Shown here piece after piece: positions 37,883 through 52,966 of a stretch of DNA of 64,000 nt. Where the stretch lies: positions 8,861,812-8,925,811 of the forward strand of contig NC_092675.1 in assembly GCF_964355755.1 (NCBI RefSeq), given 5' to 3'. The stretch's first letter is position 1; each line of letters opens with the position of its first letter. Position numbers and translations under genes: made by a program. The notes under the pieces were generated by a model. That model saw only the letters and a program-made list of their open reading frames with translations, did no database searches and was not told the origin of the DNA. The DNA is from Antedon mediterranea (Eukaryota; Animalia; Echinodermata).

Positions 37883-38677
37883 ATGTTTAACTTTTTTAAA
37901 TTATACTAAATAAAGTTTATTTTACCTTTCAATTATATTTTTATGACAGTAACTATAAGATCTTTCTAAGTTATAATCTTGAACCGCAAGTAACCGAATG
38001 TCTACAACCGTACCAGGTTGCCTAGCCTGTGAATATCTGTTGTCGTACACCTGTTTTTATCTTTTTAATAATCCTAAAATATAGTCTCGTTTAAGTGTTT
38101 CGATTTTCCAAAAATGTGTTTATACTGTTGATGATAGTATAAGTAAATAAATTCAAACTGTAACCGCAATTAATCGAAAGTTTTTCAACTAAACTGCATT
38201 GAAAACAACTGTTCTCGTCCGATCACTGAAGTTAAACAAGTTGTTGTTCAAAGACATGTTTGTTGTTGTATGTTGCTGCTGTGGTGACGGTACAAACGTC
38301 ACTGTACTACGCGGGCGTCCACTTGTGTGCGCGTTTGATTCTTAGCAACAAAGCGGCCTGAATCTTTTGTACATGCCGCTATTGTGTTATGCTTCTTTGT
38401 ACAGTGTTATTATTTCCTTTATATTATCTTTTTAAGAACCTCAGTATAACTTTTTAAATTATACTAAACAAAGTTGAATTTACCTTTCAAGTATGTGTTT
38501 CTTCAACAGAAGTGGGTGTAAATACCAACGTCATGGTTTCAGCAGCTGCTAATTTCAATCCTAGAAAATGTTCTATAATAAATGAACAAAACTATTAGGT
38601 TATAGGATATATGTGTTTATAGAGATTTTGACAGTGAATATAAGATTTATATATACTTGAACCGCAAGTAACCGAAC

Positions 38678-39507
38678 GTCTACAACCATACCATGTTGAA
38701 AACACCGGTTCTCGTCCGAACACCGCAGTTAAACAACGTCGGGCCTCGTTAGTACTTGGATGGGAGACCGCCTGGGAATACCTGGTGTCGTAGACCTATG
38801 TTTAACTTTTTTAAATTATACTAAACAAAGTTTATTTTACCTTTCAATTATGTTTTTATGACAGTAACTATAAGATCTTTCTAAGTTATAATCTTGAACC
38901 GCAAGTAACCGAACGTCTACAACCATACCACGTTGAAAACACCGGTTCTCCTCCGAACACCGCAGTTAAACAACGTCGGGCCTGGTTAGTACTTGGATGG
39001 GAGACCGCCTGGGAATACCTGGTGTCGTAGACCTATGTTTAACTTTTTTAAATTATACTAAACAATGTTTATTTTACCTTTCAATTATGTTTTTTGACAG
39101 TAACTATAAGATCTTTCTCAGTTATAATCTTGAACCGCAAGTAACCGAATGTCTACAACCATACCACGTTGAAAACACCGGTTCTCGTCCGAACACCGCA
39201 GTTAAACAACGTCGGGCCTGGTTAGTACTTGGATGGGAGACCGCCTGGGAATACCTGGTGTAGTAGACCTATGTTTAACTTTTTTAAATTATACTAAACA
39301 ATGTTTATTTTACCTTTCAATTATGTTTTTATGACAGTAACTATAAGATCTTTCTAAGTTATAATCTTGAACCGCAAGTAACCGAACGTCTACAACCATA
39401 CCACGTTGAAAACACCGGTTCTCGTCCGAACACCGCAGTTAAACAACGTCGGGCCTGGTTAGTACTTGGATGGGAGACCGCCTGGGAATACCTGGTGTCG
39501 TAGACCT
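38678..39507 (+). rRNA. 4 x 5S rRNA genes (38678, 38915, 39151, 39388)
   Basis: Full 120-nt copies. Confidence 0.95.
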
Positions 39508-40303
39508 ATGTTTAACTTTTTTAAATTATACTAAATAAAGTTTATTTTACCTTTCAATTATATTTTCATGACAGTAACTATAAGATCTTTCTAAGTTATA
39601 ATCTTGAACCGCAAGTAACCGAATGTCTACAACCGTACCAGGTTGCCTAGCCTGTGAATATCTGTTGTCGTACACCTGTTTTTATCTTTTTAATAATCCT
39701 AAAATATAGTCTCCTTTAAGTGTTTCGATTTTCCAAAAATGTGTTTATACTGTTGATGATAGTATAAGTAAATAAATTCAAACTGTAACCGCAATTAATC
39801 GAAAGTTTTTCAACTAAACTGCATTGAAAACAACGGTTCTCGTCCGATCACTGAAGTTAAACAAGTTGTTGTTCAAAGACATGTTTGTTGTTGTATGTTG
39901 CTGCTGTGGTGACGGTACAAACGTCACTGTACTACGCGGGCGTCCACTTGTGTGCGCGTTTGATTCTTAGCAACAAAGCGGCCTGAATCTTTTGTACATG
40001 CCGCTAATGTGTTATGCTTCATTGTACAGTGTTATTGTTTCCTTTATATTATCTTTTTAAGAACCTCAGTATAACTTTTTAAATTATACTAAACAAAGTT
40101 GAATTTACCTTTCAAGTATGTGTTTCTTCAACAGAAGTGGGTGTAAATATCAACGTCATGGTTTCAGCAGCTGCTAATTTCAATCCTAGAAAATGTTCTA
40201 TAATAAATGAACAAAAGTATTAGGTTATAGGATATATGTGTTCATAGAGATTTTGACAGTGAATATAAGATTTATATATACTTTGAACCGCAAGTAACCG
40301 AAC

Positions 40304-40660
40304 GTCTACAACCATACCACGTTGAAAACACCGGTTCTCGTCCAAACACCGCAGTTAAACAACGTCGGGCCTGGTTAGTACTTGGATGGGAGACCGCCTG
40401 GGAATACCTGGTGTCGTAGACCTATGTTTAACTTTTTTAAATTATACTAAACAATGTTTATTTTACCTTTCAATTATGTTTTTATGACAGTAACTATAAG
40501 ATCTTTCTAAGTTATAATCTTGAACCGCAAGTAACCGAACGTCTACAACCATACCACGTTGAAAACACCGGTTCTCGTCCGAACACCGCAGTTAAACAAC
40601 GTCGGGCCTGGTTAGTACTTGGATGGGAGACCGCCTGGGAATACCTGGTGTCGTAGACCT
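40304..40660 (+). rRNA. 2 x 5S rRNA genes (40304, 40541)
   Basis: Full 120-nt copies. Confidence 0.95.
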
Positions 40661-41424
40661 ATGTTTAACTTTTTTAAATTATACTAAATAAAGTTTATTT
40701 TACCTTTCAATTATATTTTCAAGACAGTAACTATAAGATCTTTCTAAGTTCTAATCTTGAACCGTTGCCTAGCCTGTGAATATCTGTTGTCGTACACCAT
40801 TTTTTATCTTTTTAATAATCCTAAAATATAGTCTCGTTTAAGTGTTTCTATTTTCCAAAAATGTTTTTATACTGTTGATGATAGTATAAGTAAATAAATT
40901 CAAACTGTAACCGCAATTATTTGAAAGTTTTTCAACTAAACTGCATTGAAAACAACGGTTCTCGTCCGATCACTGAAGTTAAACAAGTTGTTGTTCAAAG
41001 ACATGTTTGTTGTTGTATGTTGCTGCTGTGGTGACGGTACAAACGTCACTGTACTACGCGGGCGTCCACTTGTGTGCGCGTTTGATTCTTAGCAACAACG
41101 CGGCCTGAATCTTTTGTACATGCCGCTATTGTGTTATGCTTCTTTGTACAGTGTTATTGTTTCCTTTATATTATCTTTTTAAGAACCTCAGTATAACTTT
41201 TTAAATTATACTAAACAAAGTTGAATTTACTTTTCAAGTATGTGTTTCTTCAACAGAAGTGGGTGTAAATACCAACGTCATGGTTTCAGCAGCTGCTAAT
41301 TTCAATCCTAGAAAATGTTCTATAATAAATGAACAAAACTATTAGGTTATAGGATATATATATTTATAGAGATTTTGACAGTGAATATAAGATGTATATA
41401 TACTTGAACCGCAAGTAACCGAAC

Positions 41425-41780
41425 GTCTACAACCATACCACGTTTAAAACACCGGTTCTCGTCCGAACACCGCAGTTAAACAACGTCGGGCCTGGTTAGT
41501 ACTTGGATGGGAGACCGCCTGGGAATACCTGGTGTCGTAGACCTATGTTTAACTTTTTTAAATTATACTAAACAATGTTTATTTTACCTTTCAATTATGT
41601 TTTTTGACAGTAACTATAAGATCTTTCTCAGTTATAATCTTGAACCGCAAGGAACCGAATGTCTACAACCATACCACGTTGAAAACACCGGTTCTCGTCC
41701 GAACACCGCAGTTAAACAACGTCGGGCCTGGTTAGTACTTGGATGGGAGACCGCCTGGGAATACCTGGTGTCGTAGACCT
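41425..41780 (+). rRNA. 2 x 5S rRNA genes (41425, 41661)
   Basis: Full 120-nt copies. Confidence 0.95.
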
Positions 41781-42575
41781 ATGTTTAACTTTTTTAAATT
41801 ATACTAAATAAAGTTTATTTTACCTTTCAATTATATTTTTATGATAGTAACTATAAGATCTTTCTAAGTTATAATCTTGAACCGCAAGTAACCGAATGTC
41901 TACAACCGTACCAGGTTGCCTAGCCTGTGAATATCTGTTGTCGTACACCTGTTTTTATCTTTTTAATAATCCTAAAATATAGTCTCGTTTAAGTGTTTCG
42001 ATTTTCCAAAAATGTGTTTATACTGTTGATGATAGTATAAGTAAATAAATTCAAACTGTAACCGCAATTAATCGAAAGTTTTTCAACTAAACTGCATTGA
42101 AAACAACTGTTCTCGTCCGATCACTGAAGTTAAACAAGTTGTTGTTCAAAGACATGTTTGTTGTTGTATGTTGCTGCTGTGGTGACGGTACAAACGTCAC
42201 TGTACTACGCGATCGTCCACTTGTGTGCGCGTTTGATTCATAGCAACAAAGCGGCCTGAATCTTTTGTACATGCCGCTATTGTGTTATGCTTCTTTGTAC
42301 AGTGTTATTATTTCCTTTATATTATCTTTTTAAGAACCTCAGTATAACTTTTTAAATTATACTAAACAAAGTTGAATTTACCTTTCAAGTATGTGTTTCT
42401 TCAACAGAAGTGGGTGTAAATACCAACGTCATGGTTTCAGCAGCTGCTAATTTCAATCCTAGAAAATGTTCTATAATAAATGAACAAAACTATTAGGTTA
42501 TAGGATATATGTGTTTATAGAGATTTTGACAGTGAATATAAGATTTATATATACTTGAACCGCAAGTAACCGAAC

Positions 42576-43168
42576 GTCTACAACCATACCATGTTGAAAA
42601 CACCGGTTCTCGTCCGAACACCGGAGTTAAACAACGTCGGGCCTCGTTAGTACTTGGATGGGAGACCGCCTGGGAATACCTGGTGTCGTAGACCTATGTT
42701 TAACTTTTTTAAATTATACTAAACAAAGTTTATTTTACCTTTCAATTATGTTTTTATGACAGTAACTATAAGATCTTTCTAAGTTATAATCTTGAACCGC
42801 AAGTAACCGAACGTCTACAACCATACCACGTTGAAAACACCGGTTCTCCTCCGAACACCGCAGTTAAACAACGTCGGGCCTGGTTAGTACTTGGATGGGA
42901 GACCGCCTGGGAATACCTGGTGTCGTAGACCTATGTTTAACTTTTTAAAATTATACTAAACAATGTTTATTTTACCTTTCAATTATGTTTTTTGACAGTA
43001 ACTATAAGATCTTTCTCAGTTATAATCTTGAACCGCAAGTAACCGAATGTCTACAACCATACCACGTTGAAAACACCGGTTCTCGTCCGAACACCGCAGT
43101 TAAACAACGTCGGGCCTGGTTAGTACTTGGATGGGAGACCGCCTGGGAATACCTGGTGTCGTAGACCT
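42576..43168 (+). rRNA. 3 x 5S rRNA genes (42576, 42813, 43049)
   Basis: Full 120-nt copies. Confidence 0.95.
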
Positions 43169-43962
43169 ATGTTTAACTTTTTTAAATTATACTAAACAAT
43201 GTTTATTTTACCTTTCAATTATGTTTTTTGACAGTAACTATAAGATCTTTCTCAGTTATAATCTTGAACCGCAAGTAACCGAATGTCTACAACCGTACCA
43301 GGTTGCCTAGCCTGTGAATATCTGTTGTCGTACACCTGTTTTTATCTTTTTAATAATCCTAAAATATAGTCTCGTTTAAGTGTTTCTATTTTCCAAAAAT
43401 GTGTTTATACTGTTGATGATAGTATAAGTAAATAAATTCAAACTGTAACCGCAATTAATCGAAAGTTTTTCAACTAAACTGCATTGAAAACAACGGTTCT
43501 CGTCCGATCACTGAAGTTAAACAAGTTGTTGTTCAAAGACATGTTTGTTGTTGTATGTTGCTGCTGTGGTGACGGTACAAACGTCACTGTACTACGCGGG
43601 CGTCCACTTGTGTGCGCGTTTGATTCTTAGCAACAACGCGGCCTGAATCTTTTGTACATGCCGCTATTGTGTTATGCTTCTTTGTACAGTGTTATTGTTT
43701 CCTTTATATTATCTTTTTAAGAACCTCAGTATAACTTTTTAAATTATACTAAAAAAAGTTGAATTTACCTTTCAAGTATGTGTTTCTTCAACAGAAGTGG
43801 GTGTAAATACCAACGTCATGGTTTCAGCAGCTGCTAATTTCAATCCTAGAAAATGTTCTATAATAAATGAACAAAACTATTAGGTTATAGGATATATATA
43901 TTTATAGAGATTTTGACAGTGAATATAAGATGTATATATACTTGAACCGCAAGTAACCGAAC

Positions 43963-44318
43963 GTCTACAACCATACCACGTTGAAAACACCGGTTCTCGT
44001 CCGAACACCGCAGTTAAACAACGTCGGGCCTGGTTAGTACTTGGATGGGAGACCGCCTGGGAATACCTGGTGTCGTAGACCTATGTTTAACTTTTTTAAA
44101 TTATACTAAACAATGTTTATTTTACCTTTCAATTATGTTTTTTGACAGTAACTATAAGATCTTTCTCAGTTATAATCTTGAACCGCAAGGAACCGAATGT
44201 CTACAACCATACCACGTTGAAAACACCGGTTCTCGTCCGAACACCGCAGTTAAACAACGTCGGGCCTGGTTAGTACTTGGATGGGAGACCGCCTGGGAAT
44301 ACCTGGTGTCGTAGACCT
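43963..44318 (+). rRNA. 2 x 5S rRNA genes (43963, 44199)
   Basis: Full 120-nt copies. Confidence 0.95.
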
Positions 44319-45113
44319 ATGTTTAACTTTTTTAAATTATACTAAATAAAGTTTATTTTACCTTTCAATTATATTTTTATGACAGTAACTATAAGATCTT
44401 TCTAAGTTATAATCTTGAACCGCAAGTAACCGAATGTCTACAACCGTACCAGGTTGCCTAGCCTGTGAATATCTGTTGTCGTACACCTGTTTTTATCTTT
44501 TTAATAATCCTAAAATATAGTCTCGTTTAAGTGTTTCGATTTTCCAAAAATGTGTTTATACTGTTGATGATAGTATAAGTAAATAAATTCAAACTGTAAC
44601 CGCAATTAATCGAAAGTTTTTCAACTAAACTGCATTGAAAACAACTGTTCTCGTCCGATCACTGAAGTTAAACAAGTTGTTGTTCAAAGACATGTTTGTT
44701 GTTGTATGTTGCTGCTGTGGTGACGGTACAAACGTCACTGTACTACGCGGGCGTCCACTTGTGTGCGCGTTTGATTCTTAGCAACAAAGCGGCCTGAATC
44801 TTTTGTACATGCCGCTATTGTGTTATGCTTCTTTGTACAGTGTTATTGTTTCCTTTATATTATCTTTTTAAGAACCTCAGTATAACTTTTTAAATTATAC
44901 TAAACAAAGTTGAATTTACCTTTCAAGTATGTGTTTCTTCAACAGAAGTGGGTGTAAATACCAACGTCATGGTTTCAGCAGCTGCTAATTTCAATCCTAG
45001 AAAATGTTCTATAATAAATGAACAAAACTATTAGGTTATAGGATATATGTGTTTATAGAGATTTTGACAGTGAATATAAGATTTATATATACTTGAACCG
45101 CAAGTAACCGAAC

Positions 45114-45943
45114 GTCTACAACCATACCATGTTGAAAACACCGGTTCTCGTCCGAACACCGCAGTTAAACAACGTCGGGCCTCGTTAGTACTTGGATGGG
45201 AGACCGCCTGGGAATACCTGGTGTCGTAGACCTATGTTTAACTTTTTTAAATTATACTAAACAAAGTTTATTTTACCTTTCAATTATGTTTTTATGACAG
45301 TAACTATAAGATCTTTCTAAGTTATAATCTTGAACCGCAAGTAACCGAACGTCTACAACCATACCACGTTGAAAACACCGGTTCTCCTCCGAACACTGCA
45401 GTTAAACAACGTCGGGCCTGGTTAGTACTTGGATGGGAGACCGCCTGGGAATACCTGGTGTCGTAGACCTATGTTTAACTTTTTTAAATTATACTAAACA
45501 ATGTTTATTTTACCTTTCAATTATGTTTTTATGACAGTAACTATAAGATCTTTCTAAGTTATAATCTTGAACCGCAAGTAACCGAACGTCTACAACCATA
45601 CCACGTTGAAAACACCGGTTCTCCTCCGAACACCGCAGTTAAACAACGTCGGGCCTGGTTAGTACCTGGATGGGAGACCGCCTGGGAATACCTGGTGTCG
45701 TAGACCTATGTTTAACTTTTTTAAATTATACTAAACAATGTTTATTTTACCTTTCAATTATGTTTTTTGACAGTAACTATAAGATCTTTCTCAGTTATAA
45801 TCTTGAACCGCAAGGAACCGAATGTCTACAACCATACCACGTTGAAAACACAGGTTCTCGTCCGAACACCGCAGTTAAACAACGTCGGGCCTGGTTAGTA
45901 CTTGGATGGGAGACCGCCTGGGAATACCTGGTGTCGTAGACCT
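45114..45943 (+). rRNA. 4 x 5S rRNA genes (45114, 45351, 45588, 45824)
   Basis: Full 120-nt copies. Confidence 0.95.
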
Positions 45944-46737
45944 ATGTTTAACTTTTTTAAATTATACTAAACAATGTTTATTTTACCTTTCAATTATGTT
46001 TTTTGACAGTAACTATAAGATCTTTCTCAGTTATAATCTTGAACCGCAAGTAACCGAATGTCTACAACCGTACCAGGTTGCCTAGCCTGTGAATATCTGT
46101 TGTCGTACACCTGTTTTTATCTTTTTAATAATCCTAAAATATAGTCTCGTTTAAGTGTTTCTATTTTCCAAAAATGTGTTTATACTGTTGATGATAGTAT
46201 AAGTAAATAAATTCAAACTGTAACCGCAATTAATCGAAAGTTTTTCAACTAAACTGCATTGAAAACAACGGTTCTCGTCCGATCACTGAAGTTAAACAAG
46301 TTGTTGTTCAAAGACATGTTTGTTGTTGTATGTTGCTGCTGTGGTGACGGTACAAACGTCACTGTACTACGCGGGCGTCCACTTGTGTGCGCGTTTGATT
46401 CTTAGCAACAACGCGGCCTGAATCTTTTGTACATGCCGCTATTGTGTTATGCTTCTTTGTACAGTGTTATTGTTTCCTTTATATTATCTTTTTAAGAACC
46501 TCAGTATAACTTTTTAAATTATACTAAACAAAGTTGAATTTACCTTTCAAGTATGTGTTTCTTCAACAGAAGTGGGTGTAAATACCAACGTCATGGTTTC
46601 AGCAGCTGCTAATTTCAATCCTAGAAAATGTTCTATAATAAATGAACAAAACTATTAGATTATAGGATATATATATTTATAGAGATTTTGACAGTGAATA
46701 TAAGATGTATATATACTTGAACCGCAAGTAACCGAAC

Positions 46738-47093
46738 GTCTACAACCATACCACGTTGAAAACACCGGTTCTCGTCCGAACACCGCAGTTAAACAACGTC
46801 GGGCCTGGTTAGTACTTGGATGGGAGACCGCCTGGGAATACCTGGTGTCGTAGACCTATGTTTAACTTTTTTAAATTATACTAAACAATGTTTATTTTAC
46901 CTTTCAATTATGTTTTTTGACAGTAACTATAAGATCTTTCTCAGTTATAATCTTGAACCGCAAGTAACCGAATGTCTACAACCATACCACGTTGAAAACA
47001 CCGGTTCTCGTCCGAACACCGCAGTTAAACAACGTCGGGCCTGGTTAGTACTTGGATGGGAGACCGCCTGGGAATACCTGGTGTCGTAGACCT
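46738..47093 (+). rRNA. 2 x 5S rRNA genes (46738, 46974)
   Basis: Full 120-nt copies. Confidence 0.95.
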
Positions 47094-47888
47094 ATGTTTA
47101 ACTTTTTTAAATTATACTAAATAAAGTTTATTTTACCTTTCAATTATATTTTCAAGACAGTAACTATAAGATCTTTCTAAGTTCTAATCTTGAACCGCAA
47201 GTAACCGAATGTCTACAACCGTACCAGGTTGCCTAGCCTGTGAATATCTGTTGTCGTACACCTGTTTTTATCTTTTTAATAATCCTAAAATATAGTCTCC
47301 TTTAAGTGTTTCGATTTTCCAAAAATGTGTTTATACTGTTGATGATAGTATAAGTAAATAAATTCAAACTTTAACCGCAATTAATCGAAAGTTTTTCAAC
47401 TAAACTGCATTGAAAACAACGGTTCTCGTCCGATCACTGAAGTTAAACAAGTTGTTGTTCAAAGACATGTTTGTTGTTGTATGTTGCTGCTGTGGTGACG
47501 GTACAAACGTCACTGTACTACGCGGGCGTCCACTTGTGTGCGCGTTTGATTCTTAGCAACAAAGCGGCCTGAATCTTTTGTACATGCCGCTAATGTGTTA
47601 TGCTTCATTGTACAGTGTTATTGTTTCCTTTATATTATCTTTTTAAGAACCTCAGTATAACTTTTTAAATTATACTAAACAAAGTTGAATTTACCTTTCA
47701 AGTATGTGTTTCTTCAACAGAAGTGGGTGTAAATACCAACGTCATGGTTTCAGCAGCTGCTAATTTCAATCCTAGAAAATGTTCTATAATAAATGAACAA
47801 AACTATTAGGTTATAGGATATATATGTTTATAGAGATTTTGACAGTGAATATAAGATGTATATATACTTGAACCGCAAGTAACCGAAC

Positions 47889-48244
47889 GTCTACAACCAT
47901 ACCACGTTGAAAACACCGGTTCTCGTCCGAACACCGCAGTTAAACAACGTCGGGCCTGGTTAGTACTTGGATGGGAGACCGCCTGGGAATACCTGGTGTC
48001 GTAGACCTATGTTTAACTTTTTTAAATTATACTAAACAATGTTTATTTTACCTTTCAATTATGTTTTTTGACAGTAACTATAAGATCTTTCTAAGTTATA
48101 ATCTTGAACCGCAAGTAACCGAATGTCTACAACCATACCACGTTGAAAACACCGGTTCTCGTCCGAACACCGCAGTTAAACAACGTCGGGCCTGGTTAGT
48201 ACTTGGATGGAAGACCGCCTGGGAATACCTGGTGTCGTAGACCT
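47889..48244 (+). rRNA. 2 x 5S rRNA genes (47889, 48125)
   Basis: Full 120-nt copies. Confidence 0.95.
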
Positions 48245-49040
48245 ATGTTTAACTTTTTTAAATTATACTAAACAATGTTTATTTTACCTTTCAATTATGT
48301 TTTTTGACAGTAACTATAAGTTCTTTCTCAGTTATAATCTTGAACCGCAAGTAACCGAATGTCTACAACCGTACCAGGTTGCCTAGCCTGTGAATATCTG
48401 TTGTCGTACACCTGTTTTTATCTTTTTAATAATCCTAAAATATAGTCTCCTTTAAGTGTTTCGATTTTCCAAAAATGTGTTTATACTGTTGATGATAGTA
48501 TAAGTAAATAAATTCAAACTTTAACCGCAATTAATCGAAAGTTTTTCAACTAAACTGCATTGAAAACAACGGTTCTCGTCCGATCACTGAAGTTAAACAA
48601 GTTGTTGTTCAAAGACATGTTTGTTGTTGTATGTTGCTGCTGTGGTGACGGTACAAACGTCACTGTACTACGCGGGCGTCCACTTGTGTGCGCGTTTGAT
48701 TCTTAGCAACAAAGCGGCCTGAATCTTTTGTACATGCCGCTAATGTGTTATGCTTCATTGTACAGTGTTATTGTTTCCTTTATATTATCTTTTTAAGAAC
48801 CTCAGTATAACTTTTTAAATTATACTAAACAAAGTTGAATTTACCTTTCAAGTATGTGTTTCTTCAACAGAAGTGGGTGTAAATACCAACGTCATGGTTT
48901 CAGCAGCTGCTAATTTCAATCCTAGAGAAAATGTTCTATAATAAATGAACAAAACTATTAGGTTATAGGATATATATGTTTATAGAGATTTTGACAGTGA
49001 ATATAAGATGTATATATACTTGAACCGCAAGTAACCGAAC

Positions 49041-49869
49041 GTCTACAACCATACCACGTTGAAAACACCGGTTCTCGTCCGAACACCGCAGTTAAACAAC
49101 GTCGGGCCTGGTTAGTACTTGGATGGGAGACCGCCTGGGAATACCTGGTGTCGTAGACCTATGTTTAACTTTTTTAAATTATACTAAACAATGTTTATTT
49201 TACCTTTCAATTATGTTTTTTGACAGTAACTATAAAATCTTTCTCAGTTATAATCTTGAACCGCAAGTAACCGAACGTCTACAACCATACCATGTTGAAA
49301 ACACCGGTTCTCGTCCGAACACCGCAGTTAAACAACGTCGGGCCTGGTTAGTACTTGGATGGGAGACCGCCTGGGAATACCTGGTGTCGTAGACCTATGT
49401 TTAACTTTTTTAAATTATACTAAACAAAGTTTATTTTACCTTTCAATTATGTTTTTATGACAGTAACTATAAGATCTTTCTAAGTTATAATCTTGAACCG
49501 CAAGTAACCGAACGTCTACAACCATACCACGTTGAAAACACCGGTTCTCCTCCGAACACCGCAGTTAAACAACGTCGGGCCTGGTTAGTACTTGGATGGG
49601 AGACCGCCTGGGAATACCTGGTGTCGTAGACCTATGTTTAACTTTTTAAAATTATACTAAACAATGTTTATTTTACCTTTCAATTATGTTTTTTGACAGT
49701 AACTATAAGATCTTTCTCAGTTATAATCTTGAACCGCAAGTAACCGAATGTCTACAACCATACCACGTTGAAAACACCGGTTCTCGTCCGAACACCGCAG
49801 TTAAACAACGTCGGGCCTGGTTAGTACTTGGATGGGAGACCGCCTGGGAATACCTGGTGTCGTAGACCT
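49041..49869 (+). rRNA. 4 x 5S rRNA genes (49041, 49277, 49514, 49750)
   Basis: Full 120-nt copies. Confidence 0.95.
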
Positions 49870-50663
49870 ATGTTTAACTTTTTTAAATTATACTAAACAA
49901 TGTTTATTTTACCTTTCAATTATGTTTTTTGACAGTAACTATAAGATCTTTCTCAGTTATAATCTTGAACCGCAAGTAACCGAATGTCTACAACCGTACC
50001 AGGTTGCCTAGCCTGTGAATATCTGTTGTCGTACACCTGTTTTTATCTTTTTAATAATCCTAAAATATAGTCTCGTTTAAGTGTTTCTATTTTCCAAAAA
50101 TGTGTTTATACTGTTGATGATAGTATAAGTAAATAAATTCAAACTGTAACCGCAATTAATCGAAAGTTTTTCAACTAAACTGCATTGAAAACAACGGTTC
50201 TCGTCCGATCACTGAAGTTAAACAAGTTGTTGTTCAAAGACATGTTTGTTGTTGTATGTTGCTGCTGTGGTGACGGTACAAACGTCACTGTACTACGCGG
50301 GCGTCCACTTGTGTGCGCGTTTGATTCTTAGCAACAACGCGGCCTGAATCTTTTGTACATGCCGCTATTGTGTTATGCTTCTTTGTACAGTGTTATTGTT
50401 TCCTTTATATTATCTTTTTAAGAACCTCAGTATAACTTTTTAAATTATACTAAAAAAAGTTGAATTTACCTTTCAAGTATGTGTTTCTTCAACAGAAGTG
50501 GGTGTAAATACCAACGTCATGGTTTCAGCAGCTGCTAATTTCAATCCTAGAAAATGTTCTATAATAAATGAACAAAACTATTAGGTTATAGGATATATAT
50601 ATTTATAGAGATTTTGACAGTGAATATAAGATGTATATATACTTGAACCGCAAGTAACCGAAC

Positions 50664-51019
50664 GTCTACAACCATACCACGTTGAAAACACCGGTTCTCG
50701 TCCGAACACCGCAGTTAAACAACGTCGGGCCTGGTTAGTACTTGGATGGGAGACCGCCTGGGAATACCTGGTGTCGTAGACCTATGTTTAACTTTTTTAA
50801 ATTATACTAAACAATGTTTATTTTACCTTTCAATTATGTTTTTTGACAGTAACTATAAGATCTTTCTCAGTTATAATCTTGAACCGCAAGGAACCGAATG
50901 TCTACAACCATACCACGTTGAAAACACCGGTTCTCGTCCGAACACCGCAGTTAAACAACGTCGGGCCTGGTTAGTACTTGGATGGGAGACCGCCTGGGAA
51001 TACCTGGTGGCGTAGACCT
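50664..51019 (+). rRNA. 2 x 5S rRNA genes (50664, 50900)
   Basis: Full 120-nt copies. Confidence 0.95.
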
Positions 51020-51814
51020 ATGTTTAACTTTTTTAAATTATACTAAATAAAGTTTATTTTACCTTTCAATTATATTTTTATGACAGTAACTATAAGATCT
51101 TTCTAAGTTATAATCTTGAACCGCAAGTAACCGAATGTCTACAACCGTACCAGGTTGCCTAGCCTGTGAATATCTGTTGTCGTACACCTGTTTTTATCTT
51201 TTTAATAATCCTAAAATATAGTCTCGTTTAAGTGTTTCGATTTTCCAAAAATGTGTTTATACTGTTGATGATAGTATAAGTAAATAAATTCAAACTGTAA
51301 CCGCAATTAATCGAAAGTTTTTCAACTAAACTGCATTGAAAACAACTGTTCTCGTCCGATCACTGAAGTTAAACAAGTTGTTGTTCAAAGACATGTTTGT
51401 TGTTGTATGTTGCTGCTGTGGTGACGGTACAAACGTCACTGTACTACGCGGGCGTCCACTTGTGTGCGCGTTTGATTCTTAGCAACAAAGCGGCCTGAAT
51501 CTTTTGTACATGCCGCTATTGTGTTATGCTTCTTTGTACAGTGTTATTGTTTCCTTTATATTATCTTTTTAAGAACCTCAGTATAACTTTTTAAATTATA
51601 CTAAACAAAGTTGAATTTACCTTTCAAGTATGTGTTTCTTAAACAGAAGTGGGTGTAAATACCAACGTCATGGTTTCAGCAGCTGCTAATTTCAATCCTA
51701 GAAAATGTTCTATAATAAATGAACAAAACTATTAGGTTATAGGATATATGTGTTTATAGAGATTTTGACAGTGAATATAAGATTTATATATACTTGAACC
51801 GCAAGTAACCGAAC

Positions 51815-52171
51815 GTCTACAACCATACCATGTTGAAAACACCGGTTCTCGTCCGAACACCGCAGTTAAACAACGTCGGGCCTCGTTAGTACTTGGATGG
51901 GAGACCGCCTGGGAATACCTGGTGTCGTAGACCTATGTTTAACTTTTTTAAATTATACTAAACAAAGTTTATTTTACCTTTCAATTATGTTTTTATGACA
52001 GTAACTATAAGATCTTTCTAAGTTATAATCTTGAACCGCAAGTAACCGAACGTCTACAACCATACCACGTTGAAAACACCGGTTCTCCTCCGAACACTGC
52101 AGTTAAACAACGTCGGGCCTGGTTAGTACTTGGATGGGAGACCGCCTGGGAATACCTGGTGTCGTAGACCT
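51815..52171 (+). rRNA. 2 x 5S rRNA genes (51815, 52052)
   Basis: Full 120-nt copies. Confidence 0.95.
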
Positions 52172-52966
52172 ATGTTTAACTTTTTTAAATTATACTAAAC
52201 AATGTTTATTTTACCTTTCAATTATGTTTTTATGACAGTAACTATAAGATCTTTCTAAGTTATAATCTTGAACCGCAAGTAACCGAATGTCTACAACCGT
52301 ACCAGGTTGCCTAGCCTGTGAATATCTGTTATCGTACACCTGTTTTTATCTTTTTAATAATCCTAAAATATAGTCTCCTTTAAGTGTTTCGATTTTCCAA
52401 AAATGTGTTTATACTGTTGATGATAGTATAAGTAAATAAATTCAAACTTTAACCGCAATTAATCGAAAGTTTTTCAACTAAACTGCATTGAAAACAACGG
52501 TTCTCGTCCGATCACTGAAGTTAAACAAGTTGTTGTTCAAAGACATGTTTGTTGTTGTATGTTGCTGCTGTGGTGACGGTACAAACGTCACTGTACTACG
52601 CGATCGTCCACTTGTGTGCGCGTTTGATTCTTAGCAACAAAGCGGCCTGAATCTTTTGTACATGCCGCTATTGTGTTATGCTTCTTTGTACAGTGTTATT
52701 ATTTCCTTTATATTATCTTTTTAAGAACCTCAGTATAACTTTTTAAATTATACTAAACAAAGTTGAATTTACCTTTCAAGTATGTGTTTCTTCAACAGAA
52801 GTGGGTGTAAATACCAACGTCATGGTTTCAGCAGCTGCTAATTTCAATCCTAGAAAATGTTCTATAATAAATGAACAAAACTATTAGGTTATAGGATATA
52901 TGTGTTTATAGAGATTTTGACAGTGAATATAAGATTTATATATACTTGAACCGCAAGTAACCAAAC

